In this document: positions 24,601-38,200 of the stretch, in pieces
How positions within the stretch are numbered: position 1 is the first letter of the stretch
Layout of the letters: every line of letters begins with the position of its first letter
NCBI RefSeq assembly: GCF_032062105.1
Contig: NW_026932503.1
Coordinates: 372,001 to 436,000 of the forward strand
DNA: 64,000 bases
Direction of reading: 5' to 3'
Source of the DNA: Saccostrea cucullata
Lineage: Eukaryota
The notes under the pieces: generated by a model
The model's database searches: none
Told to the model about the DNA's origin: nothing
Seen by the model: only the letters and a program-made list of their open reading frames with translations
Position numbers and translations under genes: made by a program

Positions 24601-27600
24601 TGTGAATGGGGGATTTTGTACTTCAGGATACGGGTCTTATGCACGTATATGTTGTACTTATGTCAATCTGAACACGCACAAGTGGCTGGCTAACGAAATA
24701 GGCAATGTAGCGGTAATGTAACGTTTTTTGTCGCGGTAATGACTATGTAGCGGTAATGAAAATTTTGAAAATGTAGCGGTAATGATATGCACCCATCTAA
24801 AGAATACTCCTATTTTTTTATCGACACAGTAACAGCTTAAAATACAGTGAAAATTGTGAAAGTTTCAAAAATTTACTGCATTTAAGTCTCTCAGGCCTCA
24901 AAAGTTACTTGTTCTTAAAATGCTAGAGATAGATTCACAAATAATGCAAGATCTTGTCCAAATTTTAGTTATTCACAAAAATGTTTAAACTTTTCCTTGT
25001 AATTATTTTTTCAGGGTGGATTTATTGCAGTATGTAATGCAGCCTCTGAGCATGTTGTGCAGTCCAGGATTGTAGGTATGTTTGTAATTTCTTTATACAT
25101 TTCTATTTATTATTTGAACTATCTGGGTCACACAACCGATGTAGATGTACTCTTATCCTTGAATTTTGTGCATACTGCATTGCCTTCTATCAAACAGCGT
25201 TGTATGTATTTCAAATATACTTCACACAATTATGAAAATGAAGTTGCATGCCCCAGGATAGGGCAAAGTTTGAATATGTGTTAAAGCTCAAAGACTCCTT
25301 ACAGTTTTACAGTTGGATATTAATGTAGTACATAAATTGTTTATGTAACAAGATTTATCATGAAAAATTTTATTTCTCTTAAAGATGTGAAATTTATGTC
25401 CCTTTGTTCATGCTCAAGAATGGAGGTTAGTGATTAAAACTTTAAGCATCAGACTAATAAATTTTAAAATAATGCAGCATGGTTACAAATTCTAAAGTAA
25501 GAACAAATTTCACAGTCATTTTCAACAAATAATTATGAAGTTTATAGTATATCTGACACATCTTGTAAGACAAAATAAGGGAACCCCATTTTCCTTCAAT
25601 TGAAAAGTTTTAAGGGGATGGGGGGTCATATGTCAGCTATTAAAGGGATAATACAGTGAAGGTTTTCTGCAATTAAAACTTAACTTAATTATCCCAACTA
25701 TAATGTAGTCATCATTAAAAAGCTGACCAAAGTGAATTTTTATTGACTTTGGTCCATTTTTCCACTGAGATCTTAGGTTATAAGTAAATCTATATTGAGC
25801 TATTATAGAAGAAAAAATGCATCCCTGTTTCAAGTATTGTTTGCTTAGGAAATTCAAGACTAGAGAGAGATAAATACAAATTTATTTCCATGAGAGTGAA
25901 TGTTCTGTTATGAATACATTCAATTTGATAAACTTATAAGACTTGCTCCTGAGGAATTAATTCTCATCAATTCTGAAGTGTTGCTCTCTCGTGGTATGAA
26001 CAATAACATTTATCTGCATTAGATGTAGAGTGTATAGGAAAAACAGTTCACTGAAAGTTCAGATTTGTTTATCTTTTATTTTACAAGTGCTTTTAAAGAA
26101 GTTATCATCTGGCAGAGTAATAAGTATTTTCATAATGAGTTCATTATTTGTGGAGTAGGGTACTGCGATTTTTTTTTCAACATCTTTCAAACAGATGTAA
26201 ATGAAAAACAAAACATTTTTTGCCCAAAAGTTCAAATTACATTGGTGAGTTAAATAAAATTTTGAAAATATGTTTCCTAACTAAGCACAAGTATAATTGC
26301 TAGATAATATAATTATGAATTCTTACAAGTCTAGATTATATATTTTAATTGTAGAATTGAATAAGAGATCAATACGCAACTTAAGATATGTATTTTTTTA
26401 GTTGATAAGACTACACAAAATAATAATTGCTAGCGCTCTCAAGTGCTAGCAACTACATTAGTCCATATTTCTGGAATATGCATGCTCGGCTTCACGGTCG
26501 GGCATTCTGGGAAAACTTCACGGTCTAGCAATCTGTGACTATAGATAGACTGTACGATAACAATTTCGTTGTGTCATTAAATAACTCTGGCCTTTTCTGT
26601 TTGATTCTGAAGTTTGTTTATTTATTGTGTAACGTACACTTTAAAGTTTACTACACAACAAAAGCTTATATAAACTCATATAATGCCAATATTCTAGACA
26701 TTTAGCTTCGAGATATGCCACCTATCTGGATAATACTGTCAAACTCATTAAAAATCTTTTTTTTTCTTTTGAAAGTTTGTTGGCAAGACACGATAAGCGA
26801 TTGATACAATGCAGTTCCACACTAATATTGAGTGCGAAGCTCGAACTGTGAGCTCTAATGACAAAGTTTGAGCGAAGAGTTCTGTACATTCATTCGATAG
26901 AATTTTTTTCTGCAGCAGGGCTCCCACTGGACTGAAAATATTTTTCGCCACTTTTCGCGACAAAAGGAAAGGCATACTTACATCTGATTTCTCGACAATG
27001 CAATGCACTTTATGTTAGTCATTTTTTCAAATATGTTTATCTGACACAGACATTGTTTTAAATTTGTAATGTTTAAAGCTTTAATCATGGTAGTATCCAT
27101 TTAAAAAAAAAAAACTTATGTTGGAATTATACAATAAATTTGAAATTGAATTGATATCAGTCAACTTGATCTTGACAGAAAATGTCCTCTTGTTTATTTT
27201 TTTTTTGCCTGTGAGGGAGGGAGGGGGGGGGGGTCAAAGACCTAGTAAAAAAATGACATTTTTTAAAAATAGAAATTTCATCATTTCATTAATCAATTGT
27301 GAAAAGAAATAATTAAAAAGTAATGAAAATTACGTTTGAAAGTTGACTTTATTTTAACAACTTGTAGACTCCAGGGTTTAATATGCAAGCTCATGTTATT
27401 GTAAATAATTCAGTGTTATTTACCAATTAAAGATAATTCTGTTTCCAAACCAATTTCTTTTTCACTCTTTGTCAGTTTATGGTTATTTAATGTACACATT
27501 TTTCAATTTTAATCAGGTAAAATTTGAAGCCATTCTTTACCATGTTTCCCTACTTTCGGTTTTAAAAAAACGATCTACATAGATCCAGATTTTGTTGATA

Positions 27601-30600
27601 AAAATCTTTATTTTCTAACTTCTTATCTTAATAACACTTTATACCCCCTTGTTTAATCCAAATTATATTATTTCAAGCAATTTTGTAACCCTTTATTGCT
27701 CCAGGCCAGTTACCTAATCAGCTGTGATTTCCTACATGTAGGTTTCAGTTTTCACACCTCTGATGCATTAAATAAACATAGGGACTTATCTGTGTACATT
27801 GAATAAACAAAGGAACTAACCAGGACTACTCAAATTTTGTACATGGTACATCAAAAAAATTCATTTTCGCCACTTATGAATTTCTTTTCGCCACTTTTGA
27901 AAAAAATTCGCAATTGGCGACAATGGCGAATCACAGCTCGAACTTTGGACCTACAATGCATAGCTTCCTATACAAAAGCTAAAGCAACGTTCTTAGGGGA
28001 AAAACAACAAAAGTTTAAACAAATACATAAACTGGCCTTGATTTAATGAATTTATAGCAGAAAAATAGTCAGTAAAACATTTCTTCATAAAAATCACCGG
28101 TTTAGGCTTCGGTCGGTAATGCAACATGAATATGATGTCATGTGACGTCAGAGTTTAGACGCACTGACATCCAGAACACCGCGGGCCTTTCACAGAAAAA
28201 ACATCTGTGAAAGGCCTGAGGTTTTCTGGATGGACCTACCAAATGTCGTGCGGTTTGATGAGCCAGATCTAAATTAAAACTGAATAAGTATCTGTGCTCG
28301 CCCTAACGGTTGCACCGTCAACATATTATAATTTTAATTCTATAGAATATACTTCACAAATAATTATAACTCTATCAGACTCCATCCTCTTAAAAATTAA
28401 AGAGTTCAGTAAAAAAATCAGTTGATCACGAACCTTCCTTTCTGTGTTTAAAAATTGCTACAGCGCTGGCTCACCTTTCTTTTTTAAAAGATGAACTTGT
28501 CATTATTAAAATAGCAAGTTATACTAGCACTTTTTTTTTCATTAAATATGTTTGTTTTTCCAACAAACCATTTTACTTTGAAAAATATTGTCCTGTTACA
28601 ACATTTACAATGTATGTCAGTAAAAGCACTGTCAAATACGCAAGTTTTGAGATTATCTCCCTTGGTGCGCTGTTTCGTTGATGAGGGGAGTTTAACATAA
28701 ACAGACAGGTGGGACAGATATTTATATATTAGATGTACTGCATCATTGATAAATTAAACTGGTTTATCGTAACTACATAATTGTCAGGATGCAATCTTCA
28801 ACTCAAGTAGAAATGAATTTATGTAAAGGCGTCATTTTTTAAAGCAAAATAATCAGAACAAAAAAGAAAATATCAATGGATGTGAGACTTTTCAGACGAT
28901 GGAAGAGATATGGACCTCCAATAAATACAGTACAAATACTTCTGATCATTACACGTCGGCAATCTAAATGACAAATTGTTTCTTTTCCTTATTAGAACTT
29001 AAAAAACCACTTCTCTTTTAGAAAATGTTTGTACAATCAAGAAAATCATTTTTGTTAATAAAGACCACGTTACTTCATTTTCAAGTACCCTATAATTGAA
29101 AGTAGATTTGTAAACAGACATAGTTGAGCTTTATAAAATCATCAAATGCATCACTGCTTAACATTATTATCTTTCTGTAACATCGTTCATTTATTTTTGT
29201 ATACAGAAACAACCTGTCCCACCTCCATGCTGAAACAGATACTTTTTGCGCCTCTATCGTAGGAGAGTTACAATTTCGAAACTCGCATAGTAATTGTATA
29301 TCAAGATTAATATGTTGATCCTTTCTAAATTGAAAAATAGGGAGGAAAAAAAGGTTTAAAAAATAATAAAAATCAAATGAAATGATTAACAGGGAATGTA
29401 TTGTAGTAAATGCCAGCTTTTTGCTTCCCTTCCTTGGAAACAATCTTTACATTTCCATCAATCAAATGCATTGTAAGTGGGAAATTGTCTGTAAGACTTT
29501 GCTTGTGAATGAGAATGTATTAGAATACAAAGATCACCTGCTGAAAATGAAAGGAGAGTTCTAACTCCTATAAGTAATTATTAAATAATGATAAATTACT
29601 TAGTGTTTTCCTCCCATGGTTCTCCATTGATTAGTTCCTTAGCCTTATGAATAGGAGTATTGAAGGATGAAATGGACTAAAGTGATTTATTTTGAGCCAC
29701 AGTATCATTACAGATTAATATGTATAAAATCAACCTGCAGACATGCAATTTTGACGTACAATTGGTCAGAAAACAATTTGCCATTAGGTATTTTTACTTC
29801 ATAATTAATATACAAACCCATAAAAACATTAATGGTCTGAAAGCCAAATCAACTGGATATTGACCAGATCAGGGAAACGTGATTGTAGAATCACCTTGAC
29901 AAAGGGCATATCTTGAAGGACATTGTGAACACTTGCAGGATGTGCTTTGTAGCAAGAAAACATTTTACAAGCATATCAAAATGATGGAAAATAAAATTTC
30001 TTTTTGAAAAATAACAGTGAATTTTTTCTCTTCAAGTAATTATTCTCATCCAATCAGATGAGTATTTAGCACTATTATTTTTTTGGACAAAAAAATTATC
30101 AGACAAATTGTTTTTAGCTTTGTTGTGTGTACCATTTTCAGAGAATAGTCTTTAAAGACCCAATTTTTTTACCGTACGGTTACCTGAGAGGGGGAGTGGT
30201 CGAAGTAACAGTGGTGTTAATTACCTGGAGACCCCCAATACCCAAGATGTCAAAAATCTGTGTATACGTAGCATTACACAGGAAGTGTGTTTGGTAATCA
30301 GGGTCATCATTACGTGTTTTGTGTCTGGTTTTGAGTGAAACTACGTAAAATAATTATTTTAATATGAAATTTATTTGTAAACTTAACGCATTCATCGTAA
30401 TCATGGTAATGTTTTGAAGGAAAAAAATAATAAGATACATGTATATCGTTTTGGAAAATGTTTTTCTTACATAAAAGAAAAAATCACGAGTAAAAACTAC
30501 AAATCAATAATATTTATCTTTTTTAATCTTCAATAAAAGAAATCACTTGATTAAAAAAAGTCTGAATATTGAAATATAAAAAATTATTAATCCACCTATC

Positions 30601-33600
30601 CATCGTGCATGTGAACATGCATTTACCGCGATCGTTGGCCAAAATATTCCATATTTTTGATTCTTCGTGTGTTAACAAAATTTTATTGTTAGAAAGATTT
30701 CTTTTCAGAATCGATCACTATTAATTATCTTCACATTTTCATTACATATCTATACAGATGCTAGAGGAAATTCCAGCTTTAATTCTGACATCAATTTCTG
30801 TACAACATCGTGCGGATTGTAGCCATAGTACAAAATAAAACATCTTTTAAAAACTATGCTCTATGCCTTAAAAAAAATTTAAATCATCGGACTTCCAATT
30901 ACGGCAAATAGAGCTGGTTTCTGTGGACGCGGTCTTTTTTCTACAGATAACGTGGACGATATAACACTTACAAGTAACAAACAGCAGTGAAGATAGAAAA
31001 GAAATATTTTATAATGTCAATATTTTAATAATCTACTTTCATTTATTTTTTGAAATAAAATTCAAACATATTGGAGGTTTCTAACCCGCGTGTATACTAT
31101 GCGGGTATACATGAAAGAGTTTGACGCGTGACCAGGTAATTGTTTTCAAAACATGCAAACTCAGGTTATCAGAAAGCACAGGTAGCTGACCTGTCAATCA
31201 AATCAGAAGCTATTGTTTTTTATGATTGACAGGCAGTGAATTATTGATCTTGAATCAGGTAGATTTTGGGGGCGTTAACATAAAATTGGGTGTTTAAGGT
31301 GCCTTGACCCCTCTGTTAAGAGAGATAACTCTCTCTCTGGGATAATGATAATTACATGTATTCCTTTATGAAGATGTTTAGTTAAATAGCCATTTTTGTC
31401 AAAATTTTGTCTTGCAGGGTATGCTGAAATTGTTTGCAGTTTAAATATGAATTAGATTTCTCACATTATTGTTTATGATTCAACAGAGGGAAATTAAACC
31501 TTAGGCAACACATAAAATCAGAATGAGGTGATTAGTATTTCTGTTGGAAAATGAGACCTGTTTTTTTTTCTGATGGAGTTGACCTGTTATGCTTATTACA
31601 TCATCAAAATGCCCTTATAGTTGATTCAGTTTTTGTGTAATATATCACATGTATTGTATATTTACTATATAAGAGGAGGATGGGTAGAGGATACAATTTC
31701 AGTATAAGGGTCATTGATTGTGATGCAATAAACCTGACATTTTAAATAATCTGCAGACCTTATATTTACTACTTGGGTAAAGGAGGATTTGAAGGAACAC
31801 CAATTTTGGAGAACATTAGATCAAGGTCTTTGGAAAAATAATCACTGAAAAGATGTTCATCATGTGTACCATATATCATTCCATTTACTACATCTTACCT
31901 TAATAGTTATAGATTTTACTTTCTCAGTCATGGAGAGGGCTTAAATAAGTTAACTAAGGATTTACAAAGCACAAAATTTTTATATTGAAACATTTTTTTC
32001 TCAATCCCCCTCTCGTGTTTATTACACCTAGCTGTAGTTTATATAAATCTTAATTAGATCGTTAGATAACAAAACTGGGTCAGAGATTTCGACATTTTAA
32101 TACCACTATATCTCTGCTGGAATCATGGTACACAGTCATTTTTTCTGAAAGGAAAAGTGATCCTCGCATCAAATGACTTCCGTTTTCCAGCATTAGTGGT
32201 TACGTATAGCCAGCATTAAGGAGATAACGATTAATATATATAAATGAGGTCAACATAACAATGGTGTTTTTTGTATGTCTGTTACATCACAGTTTGAAGG
32301 GATTAGGATTTTTAGACGGAGGCTTAGCCTCCGCTCTATTGGTACCGCTCAGCTGCGGCGGAAGGGAATTTGCGATCGCCATCTAGCGGCTAATCACGTT
32401 AACTTTGATTATCTTGGTCCCCCGGCTCATTCTTTCCAAGGCAGGAGTACATGAAGCAAAACAGGGACAGGGAACCAGACTAAACTTTGATAAACTGGCC
32501 TGCCTGTCTGATATCGGATATGTGCTGTATACAGACAGGTGATCAGTAATGTTTAGAGTCCGCTGCTGACACACTCATTGGCTGATAAAAACTCTCGCTG
32601 ACATAGAATTTAAATTGTTGGGGAAACCAAAACAGATCACCGAGTGCAGTTCTCTGCATCTGCTTTTGATGCCATTAATCAAATTCGGTCACAATATTTT
32701 CCACATACAATATATAATTCCTTTTTTTCTCATGGACCTATAATTATCTCACACCTTTCACCTCACCTGGGGGATTTTAATTAGTTTGCGAAGGTCCTAT
32801 CACATCAATACCCTACATTACCTAGATAGAAGAAATCTGCAACATTGTTTAATTGAAACTGACATATTTTAAATGTTCACTCACTGACTCAGCAGAGAGC
32901 TGCGGCTTGTCTGTTTATAGCTCTGCTGCATCTCCTTATCACATGTTTCAGAATTTAGATGGGACAAACTGACCCACATGTTTCTATGTTTACATGACCA
33001 AAACCAAAACTGTGGCTTGAATCTTACTTTGTGGTGTAAATTTAGTAATATTATGGCTAACCTGTGCAAAAAAGAATGCAATAAAACACTGTTGTCATGG
33101 AATCTGCAATAGTGACTCAAAGTATGCCCACAAAAAATATATGCAAGGAGTTGAATTTATTAGATTTCCCAAACCTTGGAGAGATATTGAAAAAGTGTCA
33201 AGGATGGGTGAATGCTTGTAAACGGTTCATTGGCGGATCCAAGGGAGGGGGGTCCGGGAATTAGAAGCCCACTTTATTTTCTGTCTAGTGGAGAGAGAGA
33301 GAGAATGAAACGTTTTCCGAGAATAAATAAAAATACATATACATGTATTTGTACGTCTAACTTATGTATTGAATAGATTGATTCTCACACAATAATTTTC
33401 TTCCACTCACTTTTCTTTCAAGAAGGATATGGAAATAACGAACAGTATTCAATCTCAACGTCCATTAAACAAATATATAAAATAAGAGCAGAGCAAACAC
33501 GGACCTCCGAAACATCAGAGGTGGGATCAGGTGCCATGGAGGAGTGAGCATCCCCTGCCGACCGGTCACACCCGCCGTGTGCTCGTTGTCATAATCAGGA

Positions 33601-35204
33601 AATAACGGAAAAAATCCGTGGTCAATTCAGTGTATAAATAATGGACTAACAATTGGTATGAAAAACGTCAGTCAGCATTTCATTCAATGATAAATTGTAT
33701 TTACTGACAAGGTCATTGTATCGACCATTGAATTTACGAAATGATGACTTTAAACGAGACTGTTGATATTCTTGTTTCATCAACTTGCTTGTCAATAATT
33801 TACCTCGTTTAAGAAATTGTTCATACGTAGAGCATGCTCTTGCGTATCGAATCAACTGAGATATAAATACTCCGTATGCAGGTGATGAAGGTATATTGCT
33901 GCATAAGTAAGGGAAGTTGACGATAGAAAAGTTAAAGTCATCACGTTTATCATATAGCTTGGTTGTTAGATTACCATTAGTGTCTTTTTCAAGTAAAATA
34001 TCCAAGTATGAAGCAGAAGTGTCGGACTCTGTGGTATCTTTAATCTCAAGCTAACCAGGATATATCGTGTCGACGTAGGAATGGAAATTACCATTATTGA
34101 TTGACAATACGTCGTCGATATACCTAAATGTAGAGTTAAAGGCCACATTAAGTGTTTTCTTCTTTTCACGCAAAAGATTTTGCATAAATTCTGCTTCATA
34201 TGAATATAAAAATAAGTCTGCTAATAACGGAGATAAATGATATCATAAATGATATGATTAAAACGGTTCTATATTATATGAACCGTTTTAATCATATCAT
34301 TTGAAGGAACTAACATGCAACTCTTTGTTTTAAACCCAACCTGCATCCACCACGGATTTTTTTTTCAAACTCGAAAAGAAAATTCTTTGTACTCTTTGGA
34401 AATGCTGCAAATCCATTTGATTTTAATTAAGGCTTCAGCAGTTTTTTTTTATTTTTTCTTTAAATTCGGACTGGGGGACAAAAGAAATAAATGGACGTAA
34501 ACAAATATTATTTACCGAAACCTAAGAGTTATATGGGGTTATATGGACAGTACAACCCTGGAACCCCTCTTTCAAGAGTGGCTGGATCCGCCTCTGAAAC
34601 GGGAAATATTTTCAACGAAAATGGGTATTATCCGTAAAATCGCGTATAATACTGGATATGAGGGTATCGTTGAATCCACAATATCTAGTCAAGGCGGTGT
34701 AATCACTTTATAAAACTTGAACAATGGGATGGCATATTTTGCGGAGTCAACTTTCACTGGACAACAAATACCGGTACCTGTAGAGCTTAGTACATTTCAA
34801 GATCTGCACCCAAACAGGCGTTTGTTCTGCTTGATATTTTTCATAATGTTGGAAATATTTGGATCTTCTTTATGTTCATACCCAACACAACAGAACTATT
34901 AATTAAAAGTTGAATGTGCATGTAGATCTACACTGTATGCATTGTTATATCTGAATGCTTGTATCTCAGCTCCTTTTAGTCCTGAAGAGTTAGAGATACT
35001 AAAGTACTTTTTGGCTTTCTCACATTTCAGGAAGCTCTTACCAGGAGTCACTAAAGAATTGAAATTGATATAGTTTATTGCAATTAGATTGGTTTGTCCT
35101 TTTGATGAAAAATAGGAATTCAGTAAATTACATAATTAAACATTAAATTAGACCACGGTAACATAAATGAAGGAGATGTGTTTGTGAAACACTGTTGCCC
35201 CCCG

Positions 35205-35235
<31 letters not shown>

Positions 35236-38200
35236 TATATATCCCTTACCATTCAAAAGTCATGGCCAAGGTTAAAGTTTTTTCATAAGTAAAGAATATC
35301 GAAGGTCAAGGTCAAAAGGTCAAGTTTGTTAATATCCAATAAAAAGTCTTTCCACAAAAAAAAGATATTTGAAGTAATAATGTCCTGGTATCTACTTTTC
35401 AAAAGATATGGCCAACTACCCTTAGGCAAATGTTGGGGTCAGAATATGAATAAAAAAAACAATCATGTTCATTCCAAGCCTCCGTCTATCAGTACTTTCA
35501 GTACTTTGATTTTGTTTTATAGCTGTAAGAGCTCTTAGGGGAGGCTGCTGGTGAAGACATGACTGCCTCGTTGCTGTCATTATAGCAAGGAGGTTGTAGT
35601 TTTATTGACAGAAATCATTATATTGTTGGAGAAATATGTGCCTCAGATGCATGTCGGCACAATTTAGGATATCATTAAAAGTTTTAAATTGAAAGATGAA
35701 GATTTTTTTTGTGCTGACAATTACATAATGTTTAAGACCAGTTTGAACATCAAGATCAGTACAAAATTTTTGAAGAGCTATTTAAAAATGTGTATTGGAA
35801 ACAATTAGGACTGCCAGATCAAACTTTTTCCAAGGTTGTCGATCTCGATTTAGAGACAATGTTAAGCATGATAAAGAACCATTTTTAAAATCATCTTTCT
35901 GGCATTTACGAGGATTGATCCAGAAATAATGTCAAAACTGCTATGAAGTCCTTAATGATCGAAAGTTATCAGCTTAATATACTTTGTGAAAGTGATTGTC
36001 TAGCTATATGTCTCTGTCTTTTAATTTTAGAATTTTTCTTTTCAAAAAAGCAATTTCTTCTTCAGTTTTGCTTTATTTGCAATAAAACTTTTTATAAGGA
36101 CAGAAATCATTCATATAAACCTAAAATAATGTCTTTCATGTTCAAGCACATCATTTTTCCTTCTGCTATTTTAAATTGGTAGAGCCAGCCTCATTAAAGA
36201 ATTCTGGAGGCACAATGAAACAGCTGCCTGCTGAGACAATTAGAGGAACAAGTTGTCAGTAGTTATCTCTAAAACATTTGTCACCTAAGAATTATAAATG
36301 TATTTATATGAACTGCGACACATTTGTCCTTTATTCTCATGAGACAATTAATAAAAAGAAAATCTTTATATAAATTATATATGTAAAATACTTGCCTCAG
36401 AATGGTTTTTTCCTCTCTCCCTTTTTAGCTTGCCTGAGCCAAAGGTTCAAGTTCAAATATGTCCATTTTCCGTTGTTGTTGTTGTTGAAACTCATGTGAA
36501 AGCATCCTCAGGTAGAGAAGATTCAAATTTTTTAATCATTACCACCTGGGGTAGGATGGGGCCATATTGGGGAATCAAAATTTAACATAGGTATATATAG
36601 GAAAAATTTTTGAAAATTCAGATTTTCAACAACAAAAAAATGCCAAGGTGTACAATTCTTTAAATATAAAACTTGCATTAAGGAATTTATACAGAATGAA
36701 AACCAGTAGAGCTACATCTTAGAGATTTCAGGTTAATTGAATTAGGTAAAGAAAGGAATATGCTTTCTGCAGGTCTATCACAAAAAGAATGGAGAAAAGC
36801 TGATTAACTAACAGGGTTTGACCTTGAGGCACGTCCGACCGACTGATTCTAGTAAAAGATGGGTCTGGTCGGGTAAAATGTCTATGTACTAGACCGACTG
36901 GTCGTGTAAGAAAAATAAAGGAACTTATATGTTTTTAAACAAATTTATTATCAATGAAAAATAAAATCAAAATGTTTCTAATTTACCACAAGAAAGAAAA
37001 CTACATACATAGACCGAAGCGCTATTATTAACAGCAGTCATTGTAGGCATTCGTAACTACTCGGCCACTTTTCTAAAGAGAAACAATAAACTATCGAAAT
37101 GGCTGAGAAGTTACGATTGTCTTTGTTGAAAGATTCACGTTTACGACATCGGTAAACTGTGTAAATGGCAATAAAACTATATAATGATATATTTTTTACT
37201 ATTAATACTTAAATTCTCTGAACAGTTTAATTTATGGTATGGTATTGATATTGTATACAAGTTGATTAAGTTAAGTTAGGACTAAACAAGACATGCCGCA
37301 TGTATATGGCCTAGTTTCGATGTTGACGTGTGCGGGAAGATTTCGTTATTAAAATACAGATTATAAAGATAAACCAATACAATCAAACAGATGATAAAAA
37401 AGGGTTATTCAAAAATTATTACTATTTCGTGCTTTAAATATTTTTTCTTTAGTTTGGTCAGGGCTAGTGGTTAAAGGGTCAGTGCTAGTAAAAATTTGCC
37501 AGAGTAGCCAGACTGGTCTAGTATTCCAAAATCTTAATGTCAAACCCTGACTAAATTTATGTATATTAAGGGAATTTTTATGAGTAAAAATCTCATTGTT
37601 AGGTACATGTATGCCATGTGTTTCTTTATCTATTATGATGCAAATGGGAGTAATATTTAATATGTGTTCAAAAAGTCATATTTTGATTGCTAATTAAATC
37701 AAATCTTAGTAGCATTAATGTCAATAATTAAGTTATAAATAATTTTTCTGTCGAAAGTTGATTTTGAAGGCTTTTATGGCTAAGTGTTCAGGCTAATTTG
37801 AGTTCAAGTGAAACCCTTTTGACATAAGCTGCATCCTTGGTATTTTCAATCAATAAAGTGTAATCCATCAAACTAGTCACTAAAAACCCTGAGAGCTGAA
37901 TTTTTTTAAGCATGTGTGATAATTGCTAAAAAGATTTGAATGTTTAGCAACATAATTTCCATATTAGATCCTTTTCTTAGCAGCAGCTGCTTTTTTTTTT
38001 AATCACTCAGGGGTTGAATTATAGTAAGAGGAAGGCTGAGTATGTACATGCATCTAGGAGACATTGATCCCATCAGGGGAGATCACTGGTCTTGTACCCT
38101 AGTGGTTGGCCATTCAGTTTGGAAGGTCAGGGTTCTATCTTTGTATCTAGCGCTGTGTCAAATGTAAATGTTCAAAAGAGTTACTGCAAGTTCCTTAGTG

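Noticed and set aside
26810-27950. Possible hAT-like MITE (caaagtttgagc ... gctcgaactttg, ttcgcca motifs)
   Set aside because: No TSD and an ambiguous left boundary, so it could not be delimited reliably.
28890-29480. Exon-like AG...GT segments in DDX1 intron 12 suggesting a nested gene
   Set aside because: No consistent reading frame or recognisable protein; splice signals could be chance.
33490-33600. Hammerhead ribozyme or SECIS in the PLE 3' UTR
   Set aside because: No CUGANGA...GAAA core or clear SECIS quartet/AAR loop seen. Kept only as an unassigned structure.
35197-35235. Long poly-C tract (G-quadruplex potential)
   Set aside because: Homopolymer expansion at the end of a decayed HINE fragment; common, and its length is unreliable.
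34960-36000. Possible continuation of the THAP relic (SWIM/YqaJ-like transposon ORF)
   Set aside because: Too degenerate to translate with confidence; needs tblastn or an HMM search.
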